DNA of 64,000 bases from Candidatus Omnitrophota bacterium (GTDB lineage: Bacteria > Omnitrophota > Gorgyraeia > Gygaellales > Profunditerraquicolaceae): assembly GCA_028712255.1 (NCBI GenBank), contig JAQTQJ010000004.1, forward strand, positions 19,956 to 83,955. Reading direction: 5' to 3'. Below, one piece after another: positions 45,601 through 50,585 of this stretch. The position numbers were made by a program, and so were the translations under genes. Each line of letters starts with the position of its first letter. Position 1 is the stretch's first letter. Below the pieces are notes generated by a model. That model was not told the origin of the DNA. It searched no databases and saw only the letters and a program-made list of their open reading frames with translations.

Positions 45601-47419
45601 GCGCGAGCACCGCGGCAATTTCATCAGAAAAATCCAGGCCATCAAGTAATTTTTGCGTAATCACCACAGAGCCGTCAGGAAGGCAATACGCATTGACTAC
45701 CGGCTCAAGAGATATGTATACTTTTATATCCGTACGTAGCTGTTTGTGCCCTGCCCGATCGTTGAGCCTAGTGGTAATCTTGGTAATCGTATCCGATAAA
45801 AACGCATACTGTTTGCTGTTGGCATCTGCGCCAGGATCCAAAATTCCGTAGCGCTCGTTTACTAAACCCAAAAACTTTTGGAATTCTTGTTCATCTCGTA
45901 GGACAGTAGGATCACTTACTGTAAAATGGTAATCCTTCGGCAAAATTGCGTATGTTTGCGCAACTTTATCATATTGTTTCTTAACGGCATCGAATACTGG
46001 TATCGATGATAGGGGATTTTGTGATGATGAAGCATTCTTCTTAATTGACTTAACGGCATTTGAAATACCTGCCTGAAACTTCTGGAGTAATGATTGAGCT
46101 TGTTTTGTTGGTCCTGGTTGGGGAATATTCTCAAGATTAGGGGATGGTTCTATTCCTTTGGCCTCAGCAGCAGCCACGCTTGGGGCACTCTCCCCTACAC
46201 CTGCTACTACGTCTATCTCTGAACCTCGAACATTCACTTCGGCTAGATCAGAATTGCTTACACTGGGATCACCGACAGTGGGAGCTATAGTAGTTATTGT
46301 TCCTGCCGGGTTAACAGAAGTGGCTTGTCCAAAAGCAGGAATTACCTGGCCGATGGCAAAGCCTCCTGAAAAGTAACTCCTGATACTCTGGCCAAAAGGG
46401 GTACTGATGGGTTCTTGAATGTTGTATTGGCCTTTAGCAAAGTTCTCCTTGTAGGCATTGAAATAGGTAGCTACGGAGTAGGGGATTTGGATTTTAAGGT
46501 TAGTGAGATCTTTAGAATCAATAGTTGGGTAGGGTAGGTTTAAACCTGCCCTACCACCTTGAGTTGTTGGGGACAGTCCCCTATGCCTGGCTTTGAACCA
46601 TTGGGCAAGAATTAGTGAGTAGTAGACCTGTCTTAGGGGAGCATAACGCTTGGCATTGTTGATTTCTTTGGTTAACCTGGGAATAATATCCTCTCTTATG
46701 ATTTGAGCGGAGTAGGCGTTGAGCTGCCTTTCTCTTACGTCTTTGAAAGAGTAGACAACATTATCTTTTAGATAGTCTTGCTCAAGCATTACTTTAAGGG
46801 TTGCCTTGTAGATATAGGCTGAATCTACTGATTCACGGATAATGATCTCATCCGGGACGATCCAGGGGCGGGTTAGCGTGGGAATGGTTACGTTCTGGGT
46901 GCCATAGAGCTCTTGGGCGCGTGTATAGAGTTTATCCCAGTACTCTTTGCCTTGAGGAGTAGAAGGATTAGTGGCATCAGCAGTGTCTTTTTTAAGCTGG
47001 AGGTCTGCTTCCAGGAGGATCTTGCCTATTTGAGTTTGAGCTAGGAGTGGATCAATGATATCATCGGGTAAATCAGGGCGAAGGTTAACCCAAAAGGTGC
47101 CATTGGGTAGAGCGATACCTGTAAAGAAGTAGTTGAGCAGGTCTTTGGTAGTTGATTCAAGTCCAGGGGTCCTCTTATCCTTAAACTGGTCTCCTTTGTC
47201 TAAAAGAAGTTTAAAGTTGTTGTTTAGGCTATCATAAGAGATAGATCTTAGGTGTAGGGGACGGAATTTATCGGGAGATAGAGCATTGTGCAGGGAATTA
47301 AGAGTGCCGGCGATATTTAACTCTGCATTGGCTACTTGGGCAAAGCCGGTTTGTTGCAATAAAAGAGATACGCACAGCAGAATAGAAAGAATCTTAAAGG
47401 TTTTGGATTTTTTCATCAT
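30635..47419 (-). CDS. Giant secreted multidomain protein (5594 aa, single ORF): signal peptide, M48-like HExxH peptidase, UbiB/ABC1-like kinase, GHKL ATPase module(s), TPR-like repeats, beta-rich region, second HExxH motif
   Basis: Uninterrupted 16,785-nt minus-strand reading frame; individual motifs located by residue counting and verified against the DNA (HELSH at 45587..45601, EIAQNSRDA at 33869..33895, HELGH at 32285..32299). Confidence 0.9.
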   Translation of the reverse strand: MMKKSKTFKILSILLCVSLLLQQTGFAQVANAELNIAGTLNSLHNALSPDKFRPLHLRSISYDSLNNNFKLLLDKGDQFKDKRTPGLESTTKDLLNYFFTGIALPNGTFWVNLRPDLPDDIIDPLLAQTQIGKILLEADLQLKKDTADATNPSTPQGKEYWDKLYTRAQELYGTQNVTIPTLTRPWIVPDEIIIRESVDSAYIYKATLKVMLEQDYLKDNVVYSFKDVRERQLNAYSAQIIREDIIPRLTKEINNAKRYAPLRQVYYSLILAQWFKARHRGLSPTTQGGRAGLNLPYPTIDSKDLTNLKIQIPYSVATYFNAYKENFAKGQYNIQEPISTPFGQSIRSYFSGGFAIGQVIPAFGQATSVNPAGTITTIAPTVGDPSVSNSDLAEVNVRGSEIDVVAGVGESAPSVAAAEAKGIEPSPNLENIPQPGPTKQAQSLLQKFQAGISNAVKSIKKNASSSQNPLSSIPVFDAVKKQYDKVAQTYAILPKDYHFTVSDPTVLRDEQEFQKFLGLVNERYGILDPGADANSKQYAFLSDTITKITTRLNDRAGHKQLRTDIKVYISLEPVVNAYCLPDGSVVITQKLLDGLDFSDEIAAVLAHELSHYQDNYLTWNNVGTPLDKRLGEYKADAVSPSLINGIGFNQLAVIYLSNKLESFVKGSSDWTHGSQFDRTTLLRMNLQGQDLTHVNAFHPLEGYWKSPEGYFIVLDYLTYLKQSSFQDFKDTWGELTQKTLSSQEQYKFIIEEFIGTQQRQPFNAASYYLSWQKLVYISQYLLKENTACADGLPAESTDEVVRYLALSLLSSRNDNPDGYDMAPYLGDYFMRLLNIQTESPNVQEWQEVYNFFTFDGSLLSLDGFGKRITAITLAFNASGKISNPAFGGSRIWLSDYLRQLRQYYFSVFYSNLINSFDSEKDFETYRIFLEQYISSKKYVEKNILDPSFVYYPKRANEDIRKQRLVGSENPHQWYFVGSLWHDIFNEEAALRKDFDSYEQFSSRLSEAQKKKLGQLVTFTAEWIRNTQDLQEAKDYSNRQPNDTELGEEIHNRFGRMTYVDLTLWLSSSLFDIFSSVNPLSYGLRMEATNRVLQQAKLPEYGKQIGLYEYMAQGDRVGFLRMYIQKFTANHFQDKDGRLWLPISVEGISRMSTDRAQAQAYAVFYREAMEQFLVSSEFIAYQKASLSEAFFIESAIRRDILCVESKSREESKVNEEDYEVILRQMDQKYYLLWEQNPQREELAAIAQSVSGQAKKKRLEYTTVRKARQFIYADAVNDNSLANAALTDFDAEAAQATLINKLSLLSIQQLQALTDSIHASFALSNAEISARKIKNQGSISAIGGRSRFLGQEVLINYYGKDSDELNFLHPVIEAKLVSLQLYAASLSVSSWKDLEEAYYFIERYSPPGRQKRELLTNLRHRIIKEGKFSDAYTFVSNELGYGNFDALYYFRQERVDTDAEYQQYQQLVSVYEKGNSLDGKVMLGGFMALDKTLEEMKIGEKQAMDFMKAMVTGDDDYLASVIMETITKIRAEAQQRDDVDVSAITDVQRVDDWMNRFYSMTQLERFVFFQRLLSKYNAVFFRAENLEKLSAWILGNVSGMKPEELQLMQNILVAFLANVDNSELTLFLSKVLAEHALVGDPAYTHRAAVMSWFTQPADPFVRDSRLQRWLPAYERFQNEIYRPTQNLLSLEELQKSYGRSSYDRKRWKEHGYDRQLKEHKQYQKYKKYVTQEYGKTAEQFFAFLKDNPSYIPDTEIEAVYAVFNPGESMINPQLLKFQAKEREYYRQENAVFQFKTTVGKTKALSIRLGKFIATAGQAIGALGVRFLQVFGQYYAIPQEYKEEFSNVYDNASTLVKSNLFQSLAVEIERMQTVRDGAWIKSAAYAEWSKRLMEAGQTIPLTEYLKQFRAEAINFLGFRFNLNDSPLQDYDQRVFLSLFAQNLRDKKLTEYNERTASMFEEVFTETLASFKAFYTAQVEAMEYLKIHLRIEKVLGGGSINTAYLVSVTQPDGSVARQVVKIISPNLEVLLGERAEQMQKTVKDLIAKDPKNERQYIMAERLLGTLRLWVKDDINDGFFLSDDAIFSSAVFYPAAGSITTSRVLQPYGYRIKVEEYAPGDTLKKILNGGDQVVPAQTDKKGRVSDSKLKAALADFARDYLTHLLTPVADSYSGETIYMAHSDFHIGNLMLNKRPDGSYEKIVIDRNYYLKLLPVDIDLITRLSMAWKFNFMGKVDALINYLLQVNPDKTDQDKVRQEIRSVILKKIFSWSTVIDLIQGKDVSSSVANLLMAEFEKRGYDTPLRIRLFFKNVSAINNLLQYVDGSDLFDAIKKYISTTNKGQVLKVAQVTPAPQLATSTSRAATGSKSVVIGSGPAQFFYDRFGQIDLGKMVVEWAQSIRWPWNKARATIQLQPSIDLVDLNRFIWAQYRLAERNIPRELLPDILKLLKLNTALTGEAAYKAIYEGFGSNGYAKEVVDLIIGDTYPVEGVRLDVEIVDQNKNARIQSICEAVSNGLDAHGFRIGQFSKGVKQIIDWLGPSAEDKIEIFTRKENSKAYHLTLTRDAQGARYIQIKEISAQEYQDLAQEYAGQIIEHGTIVKVSTVEAIPRLDSQRDETHRNSQGAIADAIHQRFPFVGEVDIYTQMSGQREPVKINGFENKRVVVPVRSKAHAPEESQGRFVKVITSEHAITIVDNGSGMDAEVLAKMFVPKEGTKRPASLELNIDRELGKVKVVHDEALPHRVSFARNGEVIIAVDIPGEIMDSATVTGGLMLELGGLLDVSESRDNIIMGLNLGGKIPSFQQGVEYAIKQIVKHPKLTTREKIKYINTIMVGLDGLINSNANSSHLVKGIRANVQEVISGLIQELRHQGVIVLPQQKEFGKLELGGKDVLFVHGKLFDWQLSSFLNAIGGEIIPYVTLGGASHLPLIIAPFTQEATKRFFKFDRLWHTWAKEERLPVIKTESFVIIPQELGRRLLELSRKRSGGLTAQEEKEYSSLLQRVNIITAEEVVTSYEHAKPKDNLAVTAIPEVKEVSGAIDSGAINKFLREPPVMSMQKGVKEAGAQAKEPADLDLVKVVSGIAQALPDDYSRCRAYAVLARGLAKTGRIDEAKEALNKAHHFYRVEKDASDRNADGCDALIATALAEAEIGQEDLAFVTLRKAYLEAQNVFENDNRSRSWLMVRAVKAFVMVMDKSAGVIMGTTERLGLFEEVIDFTGHIPDPSAKARAIASITEALAGAARLQGSAGTYALFAKLVNMIKGMSHNDLRENISTIIEALIASDITIQEVFTLLKEIKGTVEKLDNKERILAIIAKAFSRLERQREAGKLFEDILINVEKFPNSWSKGTELLDITNALVESKLPEEEVYALLQRAQRIAEKLTDPEDKAEALAIVAAAYFKMIRIADAENVFKKALSITIKISDVTRKGQVFDSILKSFVGTDKFLVRPEKLQEIFDIVIKQLDLGSVLERLLFLSHEVKGLIENGDIKEAGRLCNSILEVLGQFNTDSVVRKSIYPGLLFNIAQGLAQIGEVDESLKITRKIPEDEVRMKCEALVSVAEAFAKGNRIAEAKAILKEILELINNNNVLVLENYYAAIEVLAEVEKVESTEAEPLAHPQVQPAALFSETKPADAPNSIIITPQPGGGFSLINREDKNRAAPFAYVRVQRIGSTDAFIVYESNDSFYIYKGDQQLFDGRPIIGTTYSVVAIKGNLVVIEKIDMLPLGTPNKKHYIVLDTASGVEQSESSEVFLSASGRFSVHKQGNNILTYSDYNTAPNRVPQIITHDSLGFRVDDKADVVILQDKQGKYSLFSLGQGRFLIQGADHIEIDSSGEVAIFKAGNKLDYLWLNEKEEKKDEMFISMRAKHRDLEEGGKIRVTSDGGKTYLLIVNKDGRLKECDVFSRASGYAAPGIFIHRNIFKVIEAGPSTDPISRRYWEEYDLEKKTIWDEETNGIPESYKTHWGEVMASIGFEYNRGTPIEPLGSILLQGNNLIFRNFSHYEGSFYLPTGDHDVCILNLDSGLLTDIKQIQPSDRVVSLEGGKVWYLLNAERGFEVVYAITDKSRPVASLFFEHQFFIEQNNNFILVATHDGRILLVNNFGEIKGVTKQVPQNFICADVNGEYFVFVNPQTQEIRYLDPRKVFVQAPQPAQVQAQAEEAQINAQEVMAKWRDNVFSQRDAFIARAQAAYQPFLDLIPEEFKHRSDFSLGEMIKELYLDQEDEINRRFRQALENNQPLNLEELPFDIFSRRMQQFLRVLPGFLQERKTQLSQERIEDQYDFYFDLFFSLICISKERELNIEHLEIDNQLFEALAYGWGTYQEKIDILPVIIKFIAALKEATPGEVKRLTSIINFLSGVSLQAANHADGAHILANQINRLLALKPEARDKYLSDLYSAFELFDDANERRSFQLKDAHKLGKARPFVVFLTNNVEQLREKERTEPEGVDEFNARGPEEAVALSQIIKLEQQRPKNGLADKVMSVEQLVRSIFNLPQSSAKLESDILLNATVQRESGAYTAEIAQNSRDATRGKHGELLVDFYLQQNSQGQEEYVEEARDNGTGALEEVALLIPKSTKAAAGQIELTGFFGTGKYTLFEGVDRLEIITKNSQRAYMFVFAVIRDSSGRPTAVKLTRIRKITDPKVAQGVTVRRIKSLDNTIPELDQMLSQRSWKIFVGLAQDEHFKVFFIDHEGKKQQLAVEKDILAEVEFKAVRPQEKDETNFGPLRIISAKDMPLQIVDKAGLRVSEMKEEYLALIPSVLRRHIQELGIIIQIPLPLIRNRSAFEHENEFLPQIQRYVAVAFFQAIAYKALSQSSPQFVFEGFPLDWETNDSYWQSINPASDRWILGVANDINVGRIERISEEALRGLLTEPGKLDKEKKFTKLILLLEVFSNRQNSDSKVSLLTRRLAIQEETNKAILGAAKLQRELLMSGGFNLGRLPSLSDIPFSGNKVMQALGIALGHDQMQRPERYILNPNDYNDNERELVTLAWGIARNFGIEQIILLNDEVRFAGAFKIYQGKHTMFLARSIASEIGRAATNSTAIDSATDTIVHELGHLLEEFMRQDNAGRFWQEGYIAHLSDFTHDAVGTFAEAMKYAAAVSLNNGDGSVSLEMDSGETEPSPSSLNPTSPDTGINLASGTMPNGLNNTISQGDGSVEIQVYINNGEIYYEVRKNKELVKTIRGDDPKKAFKEAKQVAAEALAGSNEATEPSHITSEERDKTLRRYADTQRSIDKDDEENLGLPNGLELIISGESPEIIRFKEEIFSMLAEVGFDRNNPEHLEILSQEYAKTLKEYIEGMRQGVRTAKYFGLDAKTSFSPDEIKDAWRDITKLIVDKIKMKMKAEALRKVFPRASKEIFREWDSYGDMLGKLLIDDTQEGIFAFYEKAGRPPVPIAWAMISKDVEGRVTRVLSALDINRSQKGYKSLKASILADLKEYLENEIAKPKTTGPINGSTSSSSNSAFAPGGIDSSTTLTIDSRQGEKLGGIDFRFLPIVIQSIDSLKAGIRSLPQSTLQGINLTQEWSDIERLVNSGITPSAERLKEYLAASCFKGSLDQDTNRIVSCIADILRMEEESCCLTDPTLKDILVVLGSGRSGEELRIAFNK
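32088..32140. repeat. 19-bp perfect inverted repeat inside the giant ORF (ggggacggttctgtttctc ... gagaaacagaaccgtcccc), in frame, encoding GDGSVSLEMDSGETEPSP
   Basis: Seen directly; same GGGGACGGTTCT core as the family B terminator hairpins. Confidence 0.85.
32240..32512 (-). other. Giant protein: second HExxH zincin-like motif (TIVHELGHLLEEF, aa ~5040)
   Basis: HELGH verified in the DNA at 32285..32299; surrounding fold unassigned (DUF4157-like possibility). Confidence 0.3.
33560..33952 (-). other. Giant protein: Hsp90/MORC/sacsin-like GHKL ATPase module 2 (aa ~4490-4620)
   Basis: N-box EIAQNSRDA (ExxxNxxDA), G1-box ARDNGTGA (DxGxG) 35 aa later, G2-box GFFGTGKYTLF 28 aa later; order and spacing canonical for the Bergerat fold. 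Confidence 0.6.
35000..36472 (-). other. Giant protein: beta-strand-rich region, possible beta-propeller (aa ~3650-4140)
   Basis: Recurrent short hydrophobic strands with G/D/N turns (ILVATHDGRILLVNNFGEI, YLLIVNKDGRL); composition-based. Confidence 0.25.
36620..38182 (-). other. Giant protein: TPR/HEAT-like alpha-helical repeat region (aa ~3080-3600)
   Basis: Repeated amphipathic helix pairs with A/L/E/K-rich patterning (RIDEAKEALNKA, RIAEAKAILKEI); composition-based. Confidence 0.35.
39260..39922 (-). other. Giant protein: tentative GHKL-like ATPase module 1 (aa ~2500-2720)
   Basis: N-box-like CEAVSNGLDAH and a strong G1-box AITIVDNGSGMDAEVLAKMF, but the spacing (~180 aa) is atypical. Confidence 0.3.
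40640..41542 (-). other. Giant protein: UbiB/ABC1-like atypical kinase module (aa ~1960-2260)
   Basis: GGGSINTAYLVSV (ASIAQVH-like), ARQVVKIISP (VAVKVQRP-like), HSDFHIGNLM (HADPHPGN-like catalytic motif), VIDRNYY. Confidence 0.5.
45320..45802 (-). other. Giant protein: M48-family zinc metallopeptidase-like module (aa ~540-700)
   Basis: VYISLEPVVNAYCLPDGSVVITQKLLDGLDFSDEIAAVLAHELSHY matches the M48 (HtpX/Ste24/BepA) core around HExxH. Confidence 0.65.
47324..47419 (-). other. Giant protein: Sec signal peptide (aa 1-32, MMKKSKTFKILSILLCVSLLLQQTGFAQVANA|E)
   Basis: Basic N-region, hydrophobic core, AxA cleavage motif. Confidence 0.7.
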
Positions 47420-47516
47420 TTTGCCTACCGGTTTATTAACTTACTATAAGTATGCTATATAGGTAAGTAAAAACAAGGGTAAAATAAGGAAAAAAGAAAG
47501 GGTTTTCAGAATGATA

Positions 47517-47566
47517 AAAAGGGGACGTTTCCCTCTAAGGCTATAGGGAAACGTCCCCTTTTATTG
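47517..47566. terminator. Intrinsic terminator hairpin downstream of secA (aaaaggggacgtttccct-ctaaggctat-agggaaacgtcccctttt)
   Basis: Perfect 18-bp stem flanked by A/T tracts. Confidence 0.75.
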
Positions 47567-47572
47567 CAATGT

Positions 47573-50491
47573 TTATTTTCCGCAGCATTTTTTATATTTT
47601 TTACCCGAGCCGCACGGACAGGGGTCATTACGGCCTACCTTGGATTGGTGGGATTGCACAGGTTTAACAGCTTGCGCGGGCGCAACAGGTAGCTCCACAT
47701 CAGCATCGTCCCCAGCAGGAGCCTGGAATTTATTCGCCTCAGGATGAGTTAGTTCCTTGGGCAGAGAACTAAAAACCCCTTGGAATCTATCAGGCTTGAC
47801 TGGCTCTAATTTGAAAACAGTCTGCACAGCGTCCTCTTCGATAGCAGCAATCATCTGACTAAACATTCCAAAAGCTTCGCGCTTATATTCAATCAAAGGA
47901 TCCCTTTGCCCATAGGCGCGCAAACCAATACCTTCACGCAAGCTATCCATGGCATAAAGATGATCTTTCCATTTAGTATCGATAATCTGCAGGAAAACCA
48001 TACGTTCTAAATTACGCAATAACTCTGCGCCAATCAGTTTTTCTTTACCTTCATAAGCTAAAAGCATTTTTTGTGTTAAATCATCCTTTAACCCTTCTTT
48101 ATCTTGGTCAGTAAATGCCTTAGCGTCCGTCTCTAGGCCAAAATTTAAGGCCAAGGAATTGATTAAACCCGTTACATCTAAACCAGAGGAATCCCCGTGA
48201 TCATAAATTTTCAGATAATCATCAATCAATTTGGGAATAATTTCAATAATATTTTCTTTTAAAGAAAAACCTTCCAAAATCTGCTTACGCTGGCCGTAGA
48301 TAATTTCCCTTTGTTTATTCATTACATTATCATATTCCAGGAGCTGTTTTCGGATTTCAAAATTGTGCTGTTCTACCCGGCGCTGGGCAATCTCAATCGA
48401 ACCACTAACCCAGGGATGCTCAATAACCTGCCCTTCTTCCAGTCCCAATTTATCCATCAGCCCAATAATCCTGTCAGAGCCAAACAAACGCATAAGATCA
48501 TCCTTCAATGATACATAAAAACGTGATGAACCCGGATCCCCCTGCCTGCCGCTGCGGCCGCGCAGCTGATTATCGATACGCCTGGCTTCATGGCGCTCCG
48601 TGCCTAAAACATGCAAGCCGCCTAAGGCCACTACTTTATCATGTTCAAGGGCAGCTTCGGATTTATAACGATCAAGGATTGCTTTGTACTCAATCTGATA
48701 ATTTGGATCCTCCGGATTTAATTTCTGCTTGGCCACGTTTTTAGCGGTAAACTCAGGATTTCCACCTAAAAGTATATCTGTACCACGGCCAGCCATGTTG
48801 GTAGCAATAGTCACGCCTTTATATCTACCGGCCTGAGCAATAATAATCGCTTCCATTTCATGATATTTAGCATTTAATACCTGATGAGTAACCCCGCGGC
48901 GTTTAAGCATCTCAGAGAGCCTCTCGGATTTATCAATAGTGATTGTACCGACCAATACGGGCTTGCCCAAATTATACAATTCTACGATCTCTTCAACCAC
49001 AGCATCAAATTTCTCTTTTTCAGTTTTATAAATGCGATCAGGATAATTCTTACGCACTAAAAGTTTGTTTGTAGGCAGAACAACTACATCCAATTGATAA
49101 ATACTTTTAAATTCATTGGCTTCGGTAAAAGCAGTACCCGTCATCCCGGCTAGTTTCTCATACATGCGGAAATAATTTTGAAAAGTCACGGTGGCTAAGG
49201 TTTGATTTTCCCGCTCAATCTTTAATCCTTCTTTAGACTCGATTGCCTGATGCAGGCCGTCTGACCAGCGCCTGCCGGGCATAAGCCTGCCGGTAAATTC
49301 ATCGACGATTATCACCTGGCCATCCTTAATCACATAATCCACATCCCGCTCAAAGAACTCCTTTGCCCGCAGGGCCGCAATAGTATGATGACGATACTCA
49401 ATAGTTTCCAAAGCATGAAGGGTATCCACGCCCCAGAGCTTAGAGGCTTTAATCTCCCCTTCTTCAGTTAAAGCTACGGTCTGAGCTTTTTCATCGGCGA
49501 CATAATCAAATCCTTTTCCTAAGTCTATTCCTTTATATTTTGCGTCGATCTCGTCTCTTTCCGTAACCCTACGGCCATTTAATTGTTCAACTATTTTTTT
49601 AGCAGTATAATATTTTTCCGTGGACTCCTCGGCAGGGCCTGAGATAATCAACGGTGTACGCGCCTCATCGATTAATATTGAATCAACCTCATCCACTATG
49701 GCATAATAGAACGGCCGCTGCACCAGTTCTTCAATAGAATATTTCATATTATCGCGCAGATAATCAAAACCAAATTCATTGTTGGTGCCATAAGTTATAT
49801 CGCAGGCATAAGCAATTTTTCTTTCCTCATCGCTCATATCATGCTGGATAGTGCCTACGGACAGCCCTAAAAATTCATAGATCGGCCCCATCCACTCGCG
49901 GTCGCGCCGGGCAAGATAATCATTGACCGTAACCACATGCACTCCTTTACCCAATAAAGCATTAAGATAAGCTGCTAATGTAGCCACTAAAGTTTTACCT
50001 TCTCCGGTGGACATCTCGGCAATCCTACCTTCATGCAAAATAATACCTCCGGCAATCTGCACATCAAAATGGCGTAATCCTATCGTACGCTTAGCTGCCT
50101 CTCTGACTACGGCAAAAGCTTGCGGCAATATATCGGCAAAAATTCTATTGCGGCTAACCTTTAATTTTTCTTTTAACTTTTCTTTCTCTTCGGGTATAGC
50201 CACGCTAAGCATTGCCTGTTGTAAATCTTCAAGCTCCTGAGCAATCTCAACAGATCTATTTTTTAGATGCTCTTTAAATTCATTTGACTTAGCAGTAAGC
50301 TCTGCGTCGCTAAGCGCGCTTATCTTAGGTTCTAGAGAATTCACTATGTTAACAATTCTAGCCACCTCAACCATCTTGTTCATTGAAGGGCTAGGCATAT
50401 CAGAATGCAAAGTCATATTTAATTTAGGAAATCTGTTCCTAATAGCATTCTGTTTATTTTGAAGAATAATTTTTTTAATTAATCCTAACAT
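47573..50491 (-). CDS. secA: Preprotein translocase ATPase SecA
   Basis: MLGLIKK start, DEAD-like motor motifs, C-terminal zinc finger [14 protein letters not shown]; 972 aa. Confidence 0.9.
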   Translation of the reverse strand: MLGLIKKIILQNKQNAIRNRFPKLNMTLHSDMPSPSMNKMVEVARIVNIVNSLEPKISALSDAELTAKSNEFKEHLKNRSVEIAQELEDLQQAMLSVAIPEEKEKLKEKLKVSRNRIFADILPQAFAVVREAAKRTIGLRHFDVQIAGGIILHEGRIAEMSTGEGKTLVATLAAYLNALLGKGVHVVTVNDYLARRDREWMGPIYEFLGLSVGTIQHDMSDEERKIAYACDITYGTNNEFGFDYLRDNMKYSIEELVQRPFYYAIVDEVDSILIDEARTPLIISGPAEESTEKYYTAKKIVEQLNGRRVTERDEIDAKYKGIDLGKGFDYVADEKAQTVALTEEGEIKASKLWGVDTLHALETIEYRHHTIAALRAKEFFERDVDYVIKDGQVIIVDEFTGRLMPGRRWSDGLHQAIESKEGLKIERENQTLATVTFQNYFRMYEKLAGMTGTAFTEANEFKSIYQLDVVVLPTNKLLVRKNYPDRIYKTEKEKFDAVVEEIVELYNLGKPVLVGTITIDKSERLSEMLKRRGVTHQVLNAKYHEMEAIIIAQAGRYKGVTIATNMAGRGTDILLGGNPEFTAKNVAKQKLNPEDPNYQIEYKAILDRYKSEAALEHDKVVALGGLHVLGTERHEARRIDNQLRGRSGRQGDPGSSRFYVSLKDDLMRLFGSDRIIGLMDKLGLEEGQVIEHPWVSGSIEIAQRRVEQHNFEIRKQLLEYDNVMNKQREIIYGQRKQILEGFSLKENIIEIIPKLIDDYLKIYDHGDSSGLDVTGLINSLALNFGLETDAKAFTDQDKEGLKDDLTQKMLLAYEGKEKLIGAELLRNLERMVFLQIIDTKWKDHLYAMDSLREGIGLRAYGQRDPLIEYKREAFGMFSQMIAAIEEDAVQTVFKLEPVKPDRFQGVFSSLPKELTHPEANKFQAPAGDDADVELPVAPAQAVKPVQSHQSKVGRNDPCPCGSGKKYKKCCGK

Positions 50492-50505
50492 TTTACTCCT
50501 AATTC

Positions 50506-50569
50506 GTCATCTTGAGCCCGAAGGGCGAAGGATCTAGATTCTTCGGTCGCTTCGCTCCCTCAGAATGAC
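50506..50569. repeat. Family A palindromic element (gtcatcttgagcccgaagggcgaaggatctagattcttcggtcgcttcgctccctcagaatgac)
   Basis: Between secA start and prfB stop. Confidence 0.8.
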
Positions 50570-50585
50570 ACGCTTGTAGCATCTC

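Noticed and set aside
30945-46376. About 25 plus-strand ORFs of 60-143 aa inside the giant gene (e.g. 39867..40298, 38913..39233, 36927..37250)
   Set aside because: All are antisense to the uninterrupted 16.8-kb minus-strand frame. They are low-complexity and lack motifs, as expected from the complementary strand of a long coding region.
30635-47419. Interpretation of the giant protein as an RTX/adhesin-type repeat protein or polyketide/NRPS megasynthase
   Set aside because: No long tandem amino-acid repeats, Ca-binding nonapeptides, KS/AT/ACP or C/A/T motifs were seen. The domain content is a mosaic of peptidase, kinase-like and GHKL modules instead.
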